DNA of 64,000 nt. It comes from Coriobacteriia bacterium. Lineage in GTDB: Bacteria; Actinomycetota; Coriobacteriia; Anaerosomatales; PHET01. The position numbers and the translations under genes are program-made. The stretch covers positions 4,027-68,026 of the forward strand of contig JAXMKZ010000022.1 of assembly GCA_034370385.1 (NCBI GenBank), given 5' to 3'. The notes beneath the pieces are model-generated. The model did no database searches and was not told the origin of the DNA. It saw nothing but the letters and a program-made list of their open reading frames with translations. This document shows positions 54,618 to 63,171 of this stretch, one piece after another (positions within the stretch are counted from its first letter, which is position 1; each line of letters starts with the position of its first letter).

Positions 54618-55799
54618 CTACTTCGAGCCGAACATGCGGGTATACACGGGCGACATCGAACGAAGGCGTTCGACGATGGGTGGGAACACCTCAAGGAAGA
54701 ACTCGACATCCTCATCGGTGGTGAAGCGTCCAAGCGATAGCCGAAGGCTGCCGTGGGCGACTTCCTGCGGAACCCCGCATGCCAGAAGCACGTGACTCGG
54801 CTCGAGGGAGCCGGACGAACACGCAGAGCCCGTGGAAACGGCGATTCCCTGAGCATCGAGCTGGAGGAGCATGGCTTCGCCCTCTACGCCCTTGATCAGC
54901 AGCGGAGCGATGTTGGCAAGCCGCTCTCCACCGGGAGCGGTCTGCTCGGTGTTCTCAAGGCGGGAGGTGATGCCGGTGATCAACCGGTCGCGCAGTGAAG
55001 CCAAGCGGACCGACTCTTCGGGCATCTCGTCGATCATGAACTCAAGCGCTGCGGCAAACCCGGCCGCACCTGCGACGTTCTGCGTTCCGGAGCGCTTCTT
55101 GAACTCCTGACCGCCGCCTTTGAGCTGAGGCTCGAACTTGGTTCCTCGGCGCAGATACAGCGCGCCGACACCCTTGGGGCCGTAGATCTTGTGGGCCGAG
55201 AACGTGGCCGAGTCCACGCCCAAGACGTTCACATCGAACGGCGTCTTGCCGAGCGTCTGCGCGGCGTCTGTGTGCATGAGTGCGCCGTGCGCATGGGCGA
55301 CTGCTGACAGAGCCGCGATGTCGTTGAGCGCACCGATCTCGTTGTTGCCGTGCATGATGGACACGAGCTTGGTGTCGGGACGCATGACGGACTGAAGGTC
55401 CTCCGGGTGAATGTGCCCATCTGCGCGCGGGGCCACGTAGCTGACCGAGTGACCCTGCTTCTCCAGCCAGTGGGCAGGCTCGAGAATCGCGTGATGCTCG
55501 TACGACGAGACGACGAGGTGTGCCGGCCCGTCGGAGGCCACCCGCGCCATGATGCCGATCAGGGCGGCGTTGTCGCCTTCGGTACCGCACCCGGTGAACA
55601 GGACTTCGTTGGGACTTTGCGCACCGATAGAGGCTGCGAATCGCTCGCGGGCATCCTCAAGCCCGCGGTACGCATCGCGACCCAGAGCGTACAGGGAGTT
55701 CGCGTTACCGTAGCGCTCTGTCATGAACGGCACCATGACCTCGAGGACACGCGGGTCAAGGGGTGTGGTTGCGGCATAGTCGAAGTACCGGGTACTCAT
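54618..55799 (-). CDS. nifS: Cysteine desulfurase (class V aminotransferase, NifS/IscS type)
   Basis: MSTRYFDYAATTPLDPRV, PLP-lysine context SAHKIYGPKG, and the active-site loop STGSACSSGS. The ATG at 55799 lies 4 nt after the Rrf2 stop. Confidence 0.9.
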   Translation of the reverse strand: MSTRYFDYAATTPLDPRVLEVMVPFMTERYGNANSLYALGRDAYRGLEDARERFAASIGAQSPNEVLFTGCGTEGDNAALIGIMARVASDGPAHLVVSSYEHHAILEPAHWLEKQGHSVSYVAPRADGHIHPEDLQSVMRPDTKLVSIMHGNNEIGALNDIAALSAVAHAHGALMHTDAAQTLGKTPFDVNVLGVDSATFSAHKIYGPKGVGALYLRRGTKFEPQLKGGGQEFKKRSGTQNVAGAAGFAAALEFMIDEMPEESVRLASLRDRLITGITSRLENTEQTAPGGERLANIAPLLIKGVEGEAMLLQLDAQGIAVSTGSACSSGSLEPSHVLLACGVPQEVAHGSLRLSLGRFTTDEDVEFFLEVFPPIVERLRSMSPVYTRMFGSK

Positions 55800-55803
55800 G
55801 GCT

Positions 55804-56250
55804 TCAGGTCTCCATTCCCACGCGCTCACGATCATCCATCCGACTCTGTACTCCGGCTAGTTCCCCGATAGAGGTAGACGCGAACACGCCGCGTAGCGCT
55901 TCCGTTGCGCGTGCCCACACCGGAGCCGCAGCGCACGCGCCGACCTGGCCGCAGGTCTCACCGCGCTCCGAATCGCACACGCTTGCGTTCAGGGGGCCCT
56001 CGAGTGCCTCGACAACGTCGAGAACCGTGATCTCGGACGGATCGCGGCTGAGCACGAATCCGCCTTTGGCCCCACGGACCGCGCTCACCACACCGGCGCG
56101 TCTGAGTGAGACGAACAGCTGCTCCAGGAAGCGCGGAGGAATATGACGACGCTCAGCGAGCTCGCGGGCACTGATCGGCCCACTCCCGTAGGCACAGGCC
56201 AGATCGATGGCCGCGAGCACGCCGTACTCGCTCTTCGCCGTTAGCCGCAC
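55804..56250 (-). CDS. Rrf2 family transcriptional regulator (IscR/CymR-like, three clustered Cys)
   Basis: 148 aa, GTG start after gggagg. Contains MRLTAKSEYGVLAAIDLA, a wHTH ISARELAERRHIPPRFLEQLFVSLRRAG, and Cys cluster C-x7-C-x5-C. A candidate TTGACA-16-TACCAT promoter lies at 56299-56326. Confidence 0.85.
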   Translation of the reverse strand: MRLTAKSEYGVLAAIDLACAYGSGPISARELAERRHIPPRFLEQLFVSLRRAGVVSAVRGAKGGFVLSRDPSEITVLDVVEALEGPLNASVCDSERGETCGQVGACAAAPVWARATEALRGVFASTSIGELAGVQSRMDDRERVGMET

Positions 56251-56635
56251 CGAACCTCCCGAAGGACATCGAATCCCTACCGAAAAGGTAGTGATTGCAT
56301 GGTACCCCGTCTGGCCACGCTGTCAACATGCGAAGTCCGCTGCACAGGACCGAAGTGTCCGTCCCCGAAATCAGGCCGTTTATCGGTCCTTCCGCACCTT
56401 CCAGCGCTCCCCAGTGGTACTACGTCAAATCGAACAAACGTCCTGTTGTATACACGCCGTTCCACGGCTACGATAAGCACCCGCTTCTGCCTAGCGCGGA
56501 AGCGCTGACTGGGGGAGCCGGATTCATGGTTGATAGCCACCAGGGTGGCGAGGACCCACTGAATCTGACCCAGCCATACACGAGGCCCCGACCGCCGTCA
56601 TGGCGCTTCGGGGCCTCGGTTCGTTGGTGTGAGTG

Positions 56636-57100
56636 CTAGCTCAGGGATTTCACCAGTGTCGCCATCTCGATGGCAGACATGGCAGCCTCCCAGCCCTTGT
56701 TCCCCGCCTTGGTGCCCGAGCGCTCGACAGCCTGCTCGATGGTATCGGCGGTGATAACCCCGAAGAGCACCGGCACACCTGAATCGAGCGAGGCCTTTGC
56801 CACGCCCTTGCTGACTTCGGATGCGATGTAGTCGAAGTGTGGCGTGCCGCCCCGAATGACGACACCGAGCGCCACAACGGCGTCGTAGCGGCCGGAGTCA
56901 GCCATGCGTTTGGCAACGAGCGGAATCTCGAATGCGCCGGGAACGAAGGCGACGTCGATGTCCTCTTCGGAGAGTCCGTGGCGCACGAAGGCGTCCTGCG
57001 CCCCCGAAAGAAGCCGTGAGCCGAGCAGTTCGTTGAAGCGGCTGATCACGATGCCGACCTTGAGGCCGGTTCCAACCAGATGTCCCTCGTACTTGACCAT
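56636..57100 (-). CDS. ribH: 6,7-dimethyl-8-ribityllumazine synthase
   Basis: 154 aa with [16 protein letters not shown] and GTKAGNKG. Confidence 0.92.
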   Translation of the reverse strand: MVKYEGHLVGTGLKVGIVISRFNELLGSRLLSGAQDAFVRHGLSEEDIDVAFVPGAFEIPLVAKRMADSGRYDAVVALGVVIRGGTPHFDYIASEVSKGVAKASLDSGVPVLFGVITADTIEQAVERSGTKAGNKGWEAAMSAIEMATLVKSLS

Positions 57101-57127
57101 TAGTGCCGTCCTTTCGCCTGCGCTCCT

Positions 57128-58363
57128 CTAGTCCCCGGCCATTTCCAGGGTGTGCGAGAGCTTCTCCTTCTTGGCCCTGAGATACCGGTAGTTGGCAGGA
57201 CACGACTCGATCTCGAGTGGCACCTGCTCGGTAACGCGAAGCCCGTAGCCCTCAAGGCCTACGATCTTGCGGGGATTGTTCGTCATGAGCCGTATCGAGT
57301 GCAGCCCCAGATCGACCAGTATCTGGGCCCCGATACCGTAGTCGCGCAGGTCGGCGGGGAACCCAAGGGCCTCATTGGCCTCCACGGTGTCCGCACCGGC
57401 CTCCTGCAGCTCGTAGGCGCGCAACTTGTTTGCCAGACCGATGCCGCGGCCCTCATGCCCGACGATGTAGAGCACGACGCCTTCCCCTTGTAGTTCGACG
57501 CGGCGCATCGCCTCTTCGAGCTGGGCTCCACAGTCGCACCGCAGCGAATGGAACACGTCTCCGGTCAGGCACTCCGAGTGGACGCGAACCAGCACGTCTT
57601 CGCGACCGGCCACCTCCCCCTTGACGAGCGCCATGTGCGTCCGCTGGTCGGTCGTCGACGAGTACCCGACGCCACGGAACTCACCGAAACGCGTGGGGAG
57701 GGTGACATCGGCCACGCGTTCCACCAGACGTTCGTTGCGCCGGCGGTAGCGGATCAAGTCGGCCACGGTGATCATCTTCAAGCCGTGCGTCGCCGCAAAC
57801 TCCTCAAGCTCCGGGCGCCGCGCCATGCTCCCGTCGGCGTTGATGATCTCGCAGATGACTCCCGCGGGAACCAGTCCCGCAAGACGCGCCAGATCGACGG
57901 CGGCCTCGGTGTGCCCCGCCCTCTCAAGAACGCCGCCCGGGCGTGCGCTCAGGGGAAAGACGTGTCCCGGCATCGACAGGTCCTCGGGCGTGGTGGCGGA
58001 ATCGATGGCGACGAGCACCGTCTCGCAACGGTCTGCGGGCGAGATGCCCGTGGTGATCTTGCCTTTGGCACCGATGGAGACGTGGAACGCGGTGCCCTGC
58101 TCGGAGGTGTTGGTATCGGTCATGGGCGGGACCTTCAGGTCCTCAAGCCGATCGGATGTCAGCGGCAGGCAGACCAGCCCGCGCCCGTGGGTGATCATGA
58201 AGTTGATGGCCTCGGGCGTGGCGCGCTCGGCGGCCATGACCAGGTCACCCTCGTTCTCGCGGTCCTCATCGTCGACAACGACCAGCAGCCGCCCGGCCGC
58301 GATCTCGGCGATCGCCTCTTCAATCGAGGCAAAGGGGGATTTCGAACCCGTCACCATCGTCAC
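57128..58363 (-). CDS. ribBA: Bifunctional 3,4-dihydroxy-2-butanone-4-phosphate synthase / GTP cyclohydrolase II
   Basis: 411 aa. DDEDRENEGDL (RibB) and HSECLTGDVFHSLRCDCG (RibA zinc site). Confidence 0.92.
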   Translation of the reverse strand: MTMVTGSKSPFASIEEAIAEIAAGRLLVVVDDEDRENEGDLVMAAERATPEAINFMITHGRGLVCLPLTSDRLEDLKVPPMTDTNTSEQGTAFHVSIGAKGKITTGISPADRCETVLVAIDSATTPEDLSMPGHVFPLSARPGGVLERAGHTEAAVDLARLAGLVPAGVICEIINADGSMARRPELEEFAATHGLKMITVADLIRYRRRNERLVERVADVTLPTRFGEFRGVGYSSTTDQRTHMALVKGEVAGREDVLVRVHSECLTGDVFHSLRCDCGAQLEEAMRRVELQGEGVVLYIVGHEGRGIGLANKLRAYELQEAGADTVEANEALGFPADLRDYGIGAQILVDLGLHSIRLMTNNPRKIVGLEGYGLRVTEQVPLEIESCPANYRYLRAKKEKLSHTLEMAGD

Positions 58364-59028
58364 TTTCCGTCCGCGAAATCACGCAGCAGATCGCCCAGAC
58401 CACGCTTTGATGCGCCCTCCGCCCCTCCGCCCTCGTGCGCATACACATCAACGAAGCGCTTGACGTACTTGGCGAGCATGTCGACCTCGACGTTGACCGG
58501 TGCTCCGATGGGCTTCTCCTTGAGGGTCGTGACCTCCTCGGTATGGGGCACGACTGCAGCAGCGATGGACTCTCCCCTGATCTGAGCGACCGTGAGAGAG
58601 ATCCCGTCGACCGCGATAGAACCCTTGGTGACCACATACTCGAGTAGCGTGGTCGGCACTTGGAACTGGTAAACGGTGGAGTTGCCTGACGGGTGGCGCA
58701 GCAGCAGTCGGCCCACACCGTCCACGTGGCCCGTGACAAGATGTCCCCCGAGCCTGTCGGAGAGCCGAAGCGCACGCTCCAGATTGACCTTACCCCCCTG
58801 CCTGAGTCCTCCCAGGGTGGTCTTGGACAACGTCTCGTCACTGACATCGGCCACGAATGCACCGCGGATGAACTTGGCGACGGTCAAACAGGCCCCGTCG
58901 ATGGCGATAGAGTCACCGATGGCCATGTCGCGCCCGAACTCAGGCGCGTACACCTCGAGTTGGGCGCCACCGGCGACCCGGTCCGCCCGGGTGATGATGC
59001 CTTGCGTCTCAACCAATCCCGTGAACAT
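58360..59028 (-). CDS. ribE: Riboflavin synthase (alpha chain)
   Basis: The ATG at 59028 gives MFTGLVETQG. Internal duplication with GDSIAIDGACLTV / GSIAVDGISLTV. Confidence 0.9.
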   Translation of the reverse strand: MFTGLVETQGIITRADRVAGGAQLEVYAPEFGRDMAIGDSIAIDGACLTVAKFIRGAFVADVSDETLSKTTLGGLRQGGKVNLERALRLSDRLGGHLVTGHVDGVGRLLLRHPSGNSTVYQFQVPTTLLEYVVTKGSIAVDGISLTVAQIRGESIAAAVVPHTEEVTTLKEKPIGAPVNVEVDMLAKYVKRFVDVYAHEGGGAEGASKRGLGDLLRDFADGK

Positions 59029-59044
59029 CGAATTCCCTTCTCGG

Positions 59045-60175
59045 CTACGCACTTCCACACTCAGGCGAGCACCGTATCCACTTCGTCACCGCGATGTCAC
59101 CGACTACGGCTGACTCGCATGCAGCGAACGGACGGGACAGCTCAGTCTGTCCTGCACACGCGTCGCCTACGAGCATCGCCGGCGCACTGTCCCCCGCGAA
59201 TCCCCCGCCGGTCACGACGACGATCTCGTCGGCCACATCGGCTGACACGATGGCGTCCAGCAGACGTGGCCCCGCCTCTACCAGCACATCGTTGACGCCG
59301 TGAGAGCCCAGTGCTCGAAGAGCACCGGCTACTCCTTCATCCTCATCGTACGCCATCGTCGTGACTCCGCGGGGCAGATGCCCGCCAACCCCGTCGAGCA
59401 GCCTCTGAGGAGCCAGCAGCATGGTGGGAGCATGGGCGTCGACGAAGACGCGCGCATCAAGGGGCGGGGCCACGCTTCTGGCCAGCACCACCCGCAAAGG
59501 ATTGTGCTCTGCGCGCCGGCCTGATTCGTCGCGCACGGTAAGCTCAGGGTCGTCCGCGACGACGGTGGACGCTCCCACGACGACCGCGTCGCACCTCGAT
59601 CGCATGAGTCGCGTGACCTGCGCTCCAGACGGGCCGGTCATCGAGGCTCTTTCGCCGTACGTGATAGCCGGGCGTCCGTCTATCGACGCGCCCACCTTGA
59701 CCGTGACCCAGGGCAGTCCGACCGCGATGCGCTTGAGCCAACCAGTGTTGGCTCGCATGAACGGTTCGGGTGCTTCGCTCACGTGGACCGCGATTCCGGC
59801 GGACGCGAGCGCTTCGACACCACCGCGCGCCTCAGCGCTGGGATCGCGCATGCCGATAGTGACCGAGGCCACGCCGGAGCTGATGAGGGCGTCGGTGCAC
59901 GGCGGGGTGCGTCCGTGATGAGCACAGGGTTCGAGCGTGACGTAGACGTCTGCGCCGCGCGCCAAAACACCCGCATCGGCCAGCGCGAACACCTCAGCAT
60001 GTGCCTGACCGGCGCGCGGATGGTAACCCTCGCCAACGATCCGGCCCCCCGCGACAACGACGCAGCCGACGCAGGGATTGGGTGCGGTTGCCCCGCGACC
60101 ACGCTCGGCGAGCCGCAAGGCCCGGGCCAGGTAGGGGTCATCGACACCCGTGGTCACATCAGTGAATAGCAGCAT
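59045..60175 (-). CDS. ribD: Bifunctional riboflavin biosynthesis deaminase/reductase
   Basis: NPCVGCVVV, HAEVFAL and LEPCAHHGRTPPC (deaminase zinc site) plus a C-terminal reductase domain. The ATG at 60175 is preferred because the track start at 60214 lies inside the FMN riboswitch. Confidence 0.9.
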   Translation of the reverse strand: MLLFTDVTTGVDDPYLARALRLAERGRGATAPNPCVGCVVVAGGRIVGEGYHPRAGQAHAEVFALADAGVLARGADVYVTLEPCAHHGRTPPCTDALISSGVASVTIGMRDPSAEARGGVEALASAGIAVHVSEAPEPFMRANTGWLKRIAVGLPWVTVKVGASIDGRPAITYGERASMTGPSGAQVTRLMRSRCDAVVVGASTVVADDPELTVRDESGRRAEHNPLRVVLARSVAPPLDARVFVDAHAPTMLLAPQRLLDGVGGHLPRGVTTMAYDEDEGVAGALRALGSHGVNDVLVEAGPRLLDAIVSADVADEIVVVTGGGFAGDSAPAMLVGDACAGQTELSRPFAACESAVVGDIAVTKWIRCSPECGSA

Positions 60176-60190
60176 CGCTGCGATGAACCT

Positions 60191-60304
60191 TCCTTCTCCC
60201 ATCCGGACTATCACCGTCGGCTCCGGAATCTCACCGGATCGGCCCCTCTCGGGGTTCGCGGGCTGTCACCGCCGGTGGGGAATCGCACCCCGCCCTGAAG
60301 AAAG
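60191..60304 (-). promoter_or_regulatory. FMN riboswitch (RFN element) of the rib operon
   Basis: Minus-strand RNA: cttcagGGCGGGGTGCGATTCCCCACCGGCGGTGACAGCCCGCGAAccccgagaggggccGATCCGGTGAGATTCCGGAGCCGACGGTGATAGTCCGGATGGGAGAAGGA. This is a near-textbook RFN core. Confidence 0.88.
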
Positions 60305-60345
60305 CACACCGAAGTCTAGCAGGTCAGCGACGGCAACCGCCAGCG

Positions 60346-60774
60346 CTACTCCCACCAATGAGGCTGCTCATCGCCCAACCGGATGCCCGCAGCGGCCAGA
60401 GCGGAGCCGTGTTCGTCTTGAACCACCACGACTCGTTCTTGGGGGAAAAAGGCTCCGAAGAACTCATAGGTTCGTGGGGGATAGAGCGCGAATGCGGCCG
60501 CCATATCCTCGAGCCCGTCATCATGAAGCTCCAGCCACTCGAGCAGGTCCTCATCGACACTAAGTCGCCTACTGGTGGTTCCGTGGGCATCCTCACAACA
60601 GCGCGGCGGACGCACGAAGAACTCCGGGACAAGCAGCGGCCCGAACGGTGAGACAAGGACCTCCGGACCGTCTCCCTGATGCAGGATGGCAACCATGTCG
60701 AGGGGCTCGATGGCCGCGAGGACCCTCACGATGTATGCCCAGTCGTGCCCGTGCACATCCTCGATGTAGAGCAC
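60346..60774 (-). CDS. Hypothetical protein
   Basis: 142-aa ORF with GC3-rich codons, lying 6 nt downstream of rpe. No family recognised. Confidence 0.5.
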   Translation of the reverse strand: MLYIEDVHGHDWAYIVRVLAAIEPLDMVAILHQGDGPEVLVSPFGPLLVPEFFVRPPRCCEDAHGTTSRRLSVDEDLLEWLELHDDGLEDMAAAFALYPPRTYEFFGAFFPQERVVVVQDEHGSALAAAGIRLGDEQPHWWE

Positions 60775-60780
60775 CGCGTC

Positions 60781-61437
60781 CTACCCGAGAGCTTTCTCGC
60801 CGGCGGATCTGATGGCGTTCAAGGCGGCACCGGGGTCGGGTGTCGCAAAGACCGCGTTGCCGGCGACGAAGCACCGGGCCCCGGCATCAACGCACGGACC
60901 GATGGTGTCTGCGGTGATGCCTCCATCTACCTGAATCAGGGGGGACACACCCTCTGCGTCACAGAACTCGGCGAGCTCAGCGATCTTGCGCACACTGTTC
61001 AGGATGAACGACTGGCCGCCGAATCCGGGGTTGACGCTCATGACGAGCACCATGTCGAGTTCCCCGAGAACGTCGCCGATCAGGCCGATCGGCGTGCCCG
61101 GGTTGAGAGAGACCCCCGGAGACGCCCCGGCCTCACGGATGCTACGAAGCACACGGTGCAGGTGCGTACACGCCTCGGCGTGAACGGTGATGACGTCGGC
61201 GCCTGCCTCCAGGTACCAGTCGATGGTGGTATCGACGTTGTCGATCATGAGGTGCACATCCAGCGGCACGGAGGTCACCTGCTTGAGCGCCTTGATCACC
61301 GGAGGACCGATCGTGAGGTTGGGGACGAAGTGCCCGTCCATCACGTCGACATGGATGTAGTCGGCGCCGGCGGCTTCAACCGCGCCTACAGCATCACCGA
61401 GACGGCTGAAATCCGCCGACAGGATGGAAGGTGCCAT
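60781..61437 (-). CDS. rpe: Ribulose-phosphate 3-epimerase
   Basis: The ATG at 61437 gives MAPSILSADFSRLG. Also HVDVMDGHFVPN and VMSVNPGFGGQ. The track start (61521) overlaps gpsA. Confidence 0.9.
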   Translation of the reverse strand: MAPSILSADFSRLGDAVGAVEAAGADYIHVDVMDGHFVPNLTIGPPVIKALKQVTSVPLDVHLMIDNVDTTIDWYLEAGADVITVHAEACTHLHRVLRSIREAGASPGVSLNPGTPIGLIGDVLGELDMVLVMSVNPGFGGQSFILNSVRKIAELAEFCDAEGVSPLIQVDGGITADTIGPCVDAGARCFVAGNAVFATPDPGAALNAIRSAGEKALG

Positions 61438-61486
61438 GAGTATCCGGCTCGACACGATGGTGCTCCCCTCTTCGCGGTCTGAAGAA

Positions 61487-62503
61487 CTAGTCGGCTGCAA
61501 GGCCCATCCCGTGCAGCTCATCGCGAGCTTCGCGCCCCATCAGCAGCACGCCCGCCTCGCGCGGATCGAGCGCTTCGTACAGCACGCGGCGCACCATATC
61601 GGTGATGGGAAGGTCGACTCCCTCGCGGGCTCCGAGTTCAGCGACCGACAAACAAGCGACCGCCCCCTCGGCTACCATCTTCGTCTTCTCGATGTACTCG
61701 TCCACCGTACCGCCCTGGGCGACGAACTCGCCGATGCCGCGGTTGCGCGAGTGACGGCTGGTGCACGTGACCACGAGGTCGCCCATGCCCGCCAGCCCCA
61801 TGTACGTAAGCGGGTTAGCGCCCAGCGCAGCACCCAGGCGACTCATCTCAGCAAGACCGCGCGTCATGAGGGTGGCCTTGGTGTTGTCGCCGTAGCCGAG
61901 CCCATCGCACATACCCGCTGCTATCGCGACGATGTTCTTGGATGCGCCACACAGTTCGACCCCGACGACGTCAGGATTGGTGTACACACGGAAGAAGGGG
62001 GTCATGAAGATGTCTTGGAACAGGTTGCCGACCGAGGGGTCATAGCTGGCAACGACCGTAGCGGAGGGAATGCCCCGGCTGACCTCTTCGGCGTGGTTAG
62101 GCCCCGACAGGCCGGCGACCCGATGCTTGCCGCCCAGCACGTCCACGAGCACCTCGGTCATGAGCATGAGCGTGCCCTGCTCAACGCCCTTCGAGAGGAT
62201 GACGACCGGGGTGTCGGGGTCAAGGTAGGGAACCATGGATTCTGCTGTCGCGCGAACGCCAACGCTCGGAGTGACCATCACGACCGCCTGCACACCCTCA
62301 AGCGCCTCACCGATGATCGAACTCGCACGCACGGTGACCGGAAGCGCGATGTCGGGAAGGTAGAGGGGGTTATGGTGCGCAGAGTTCACGCCCTCGGCGA
62401 TTTCGGGCTCGCGAGCCCACAGCGATACCGTATGGCCGCGCTCGGACAGCAACCAGGACACGGCGGTGCCCCACGAGCCTGCACCGATGACTGCGATGTG
62501 CAC
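61487..62503 (-). CDS. gpsA: NAD(P)H-dependent glycerol-3-phosphate dehydrogenase
   Basis: 338 aa with IAVIGAGSWGTA and GASKNIVAIAAG. Confidence 0.92.
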   Translation of the reverse strand: MHIAVIGAGSWGTAVSWLLSERGHTVSLWAREPEIAEGVNSAHHNPLYLPDIALPVTVRASSIIGEALEGVQAVVMVTPSVGVRATAESMVPYLDPDTPVVILSKGVEQGTLMLMTEVLVDVLGGKHRVAGLSGPNHAEEVSRGIPSATVVASYDPSVGNLFQDIFMTPFFRVYTNPDVVGVELCGASKNIVAIAAGMCDGLGYGDNTKATLMTRGLAEMSRLGAALGANPLTYMGLAGMGDLVVTCTSRHSRNRGIGEFVAQGGTVDEYIEKTKMVAEGAVACLSVAELGAREGVDLPITDMVRRVLYEALDPREAGVLLMGREARDELHGMGLAAD

Positions 62504-62505
62504 GT

Positions 62506-63165
62506 CTACTCCTCCGTATCGCTGTGAGATCGTCCCCGGCCGCGCACCGATATCTTACGCTCCTCGCCGCGTGCGATGCGCACGATGTTGGCTCGATGCC
62601 GCCACAAGACCAGAGCAGCCAGAGCCGTCACGGTGATCTGAGTGGGCCTGTTGTCGGGATACAGCCTCAAGGTGAGCAGAGGGTACGTCAACGCCACGGC
62701 GATGGAGCCGAGCGAGACGATGCGAGACGTACTCACCACCAGTGCGAACACAAGGAGTTCGATGAAAGCGGCGGCCGGAGTGAGCACGAAGAGCGCTCCG
62801 GCAGATGTCGCCACCCCCTTGCCGCCGGACAGCCGGATGTAGGGAGAGTACGAATGCCCCACGACGGCCGCGGCCATGGCACCCACGGCAACCCATTCCG
62901 AGGTGGTCGGAGTCCAGACCGACGATGGCACGATGAATCCGGCTACCAGAACAGCCACGACGCCCTTGAAGGCGTCAAGGAACAGGGTGAAGAGCGCAGC
63001 ACGCGCACCGAGCTCACGAAAGACGTTCGTCGCCCCGAGGTTGCCCGACCCGCACGTCCGCAAGTCGATGTGGTAGACGCTCTTGCCGATGATGAGCGCC
63101 CAGGGGATTCCGCCGATGAGATACGAGGCGACAAGCACGGCCACGATGCGAATCGCGAGCTCCAC
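62506..63165 (-). CDS. plsY: Glycerol-3-phosphate acyltransferase (acyl-phosphate dependent)
   Basis: 219 aa, GTG start. Contains GSGNLGATNV and GGKGVATSAG. Confidence 0.9.
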   Translation of the reverse strand: MELAIRIVAVLVASYLIGGIPWALIIGKSVYHIDLRTCGSGNLGATNVFRELGARAALFTLFLDAFKGVVAVLVAGFIVPSSVWTPTTSEWVAVGAMAAAVVGHSYSPYIRLSGGKGVATSAGALFVLTPAAAFIELLVFALVVSTSRIVSLGSIAVALTYPLLTLRLYPDNRPTQITVTALAALVLWRHRANIVRIARGEERKISVRGRGRSHSDTEE

Positions 63166-63171
63166 GTCGAA

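Noticed and set aside
57548-58585. 345-aa plus-strand ORF, and the similar 57768-58463 ORF
   Set aside because: Both are antisense to ribBA and ribE, which are unambiguous.
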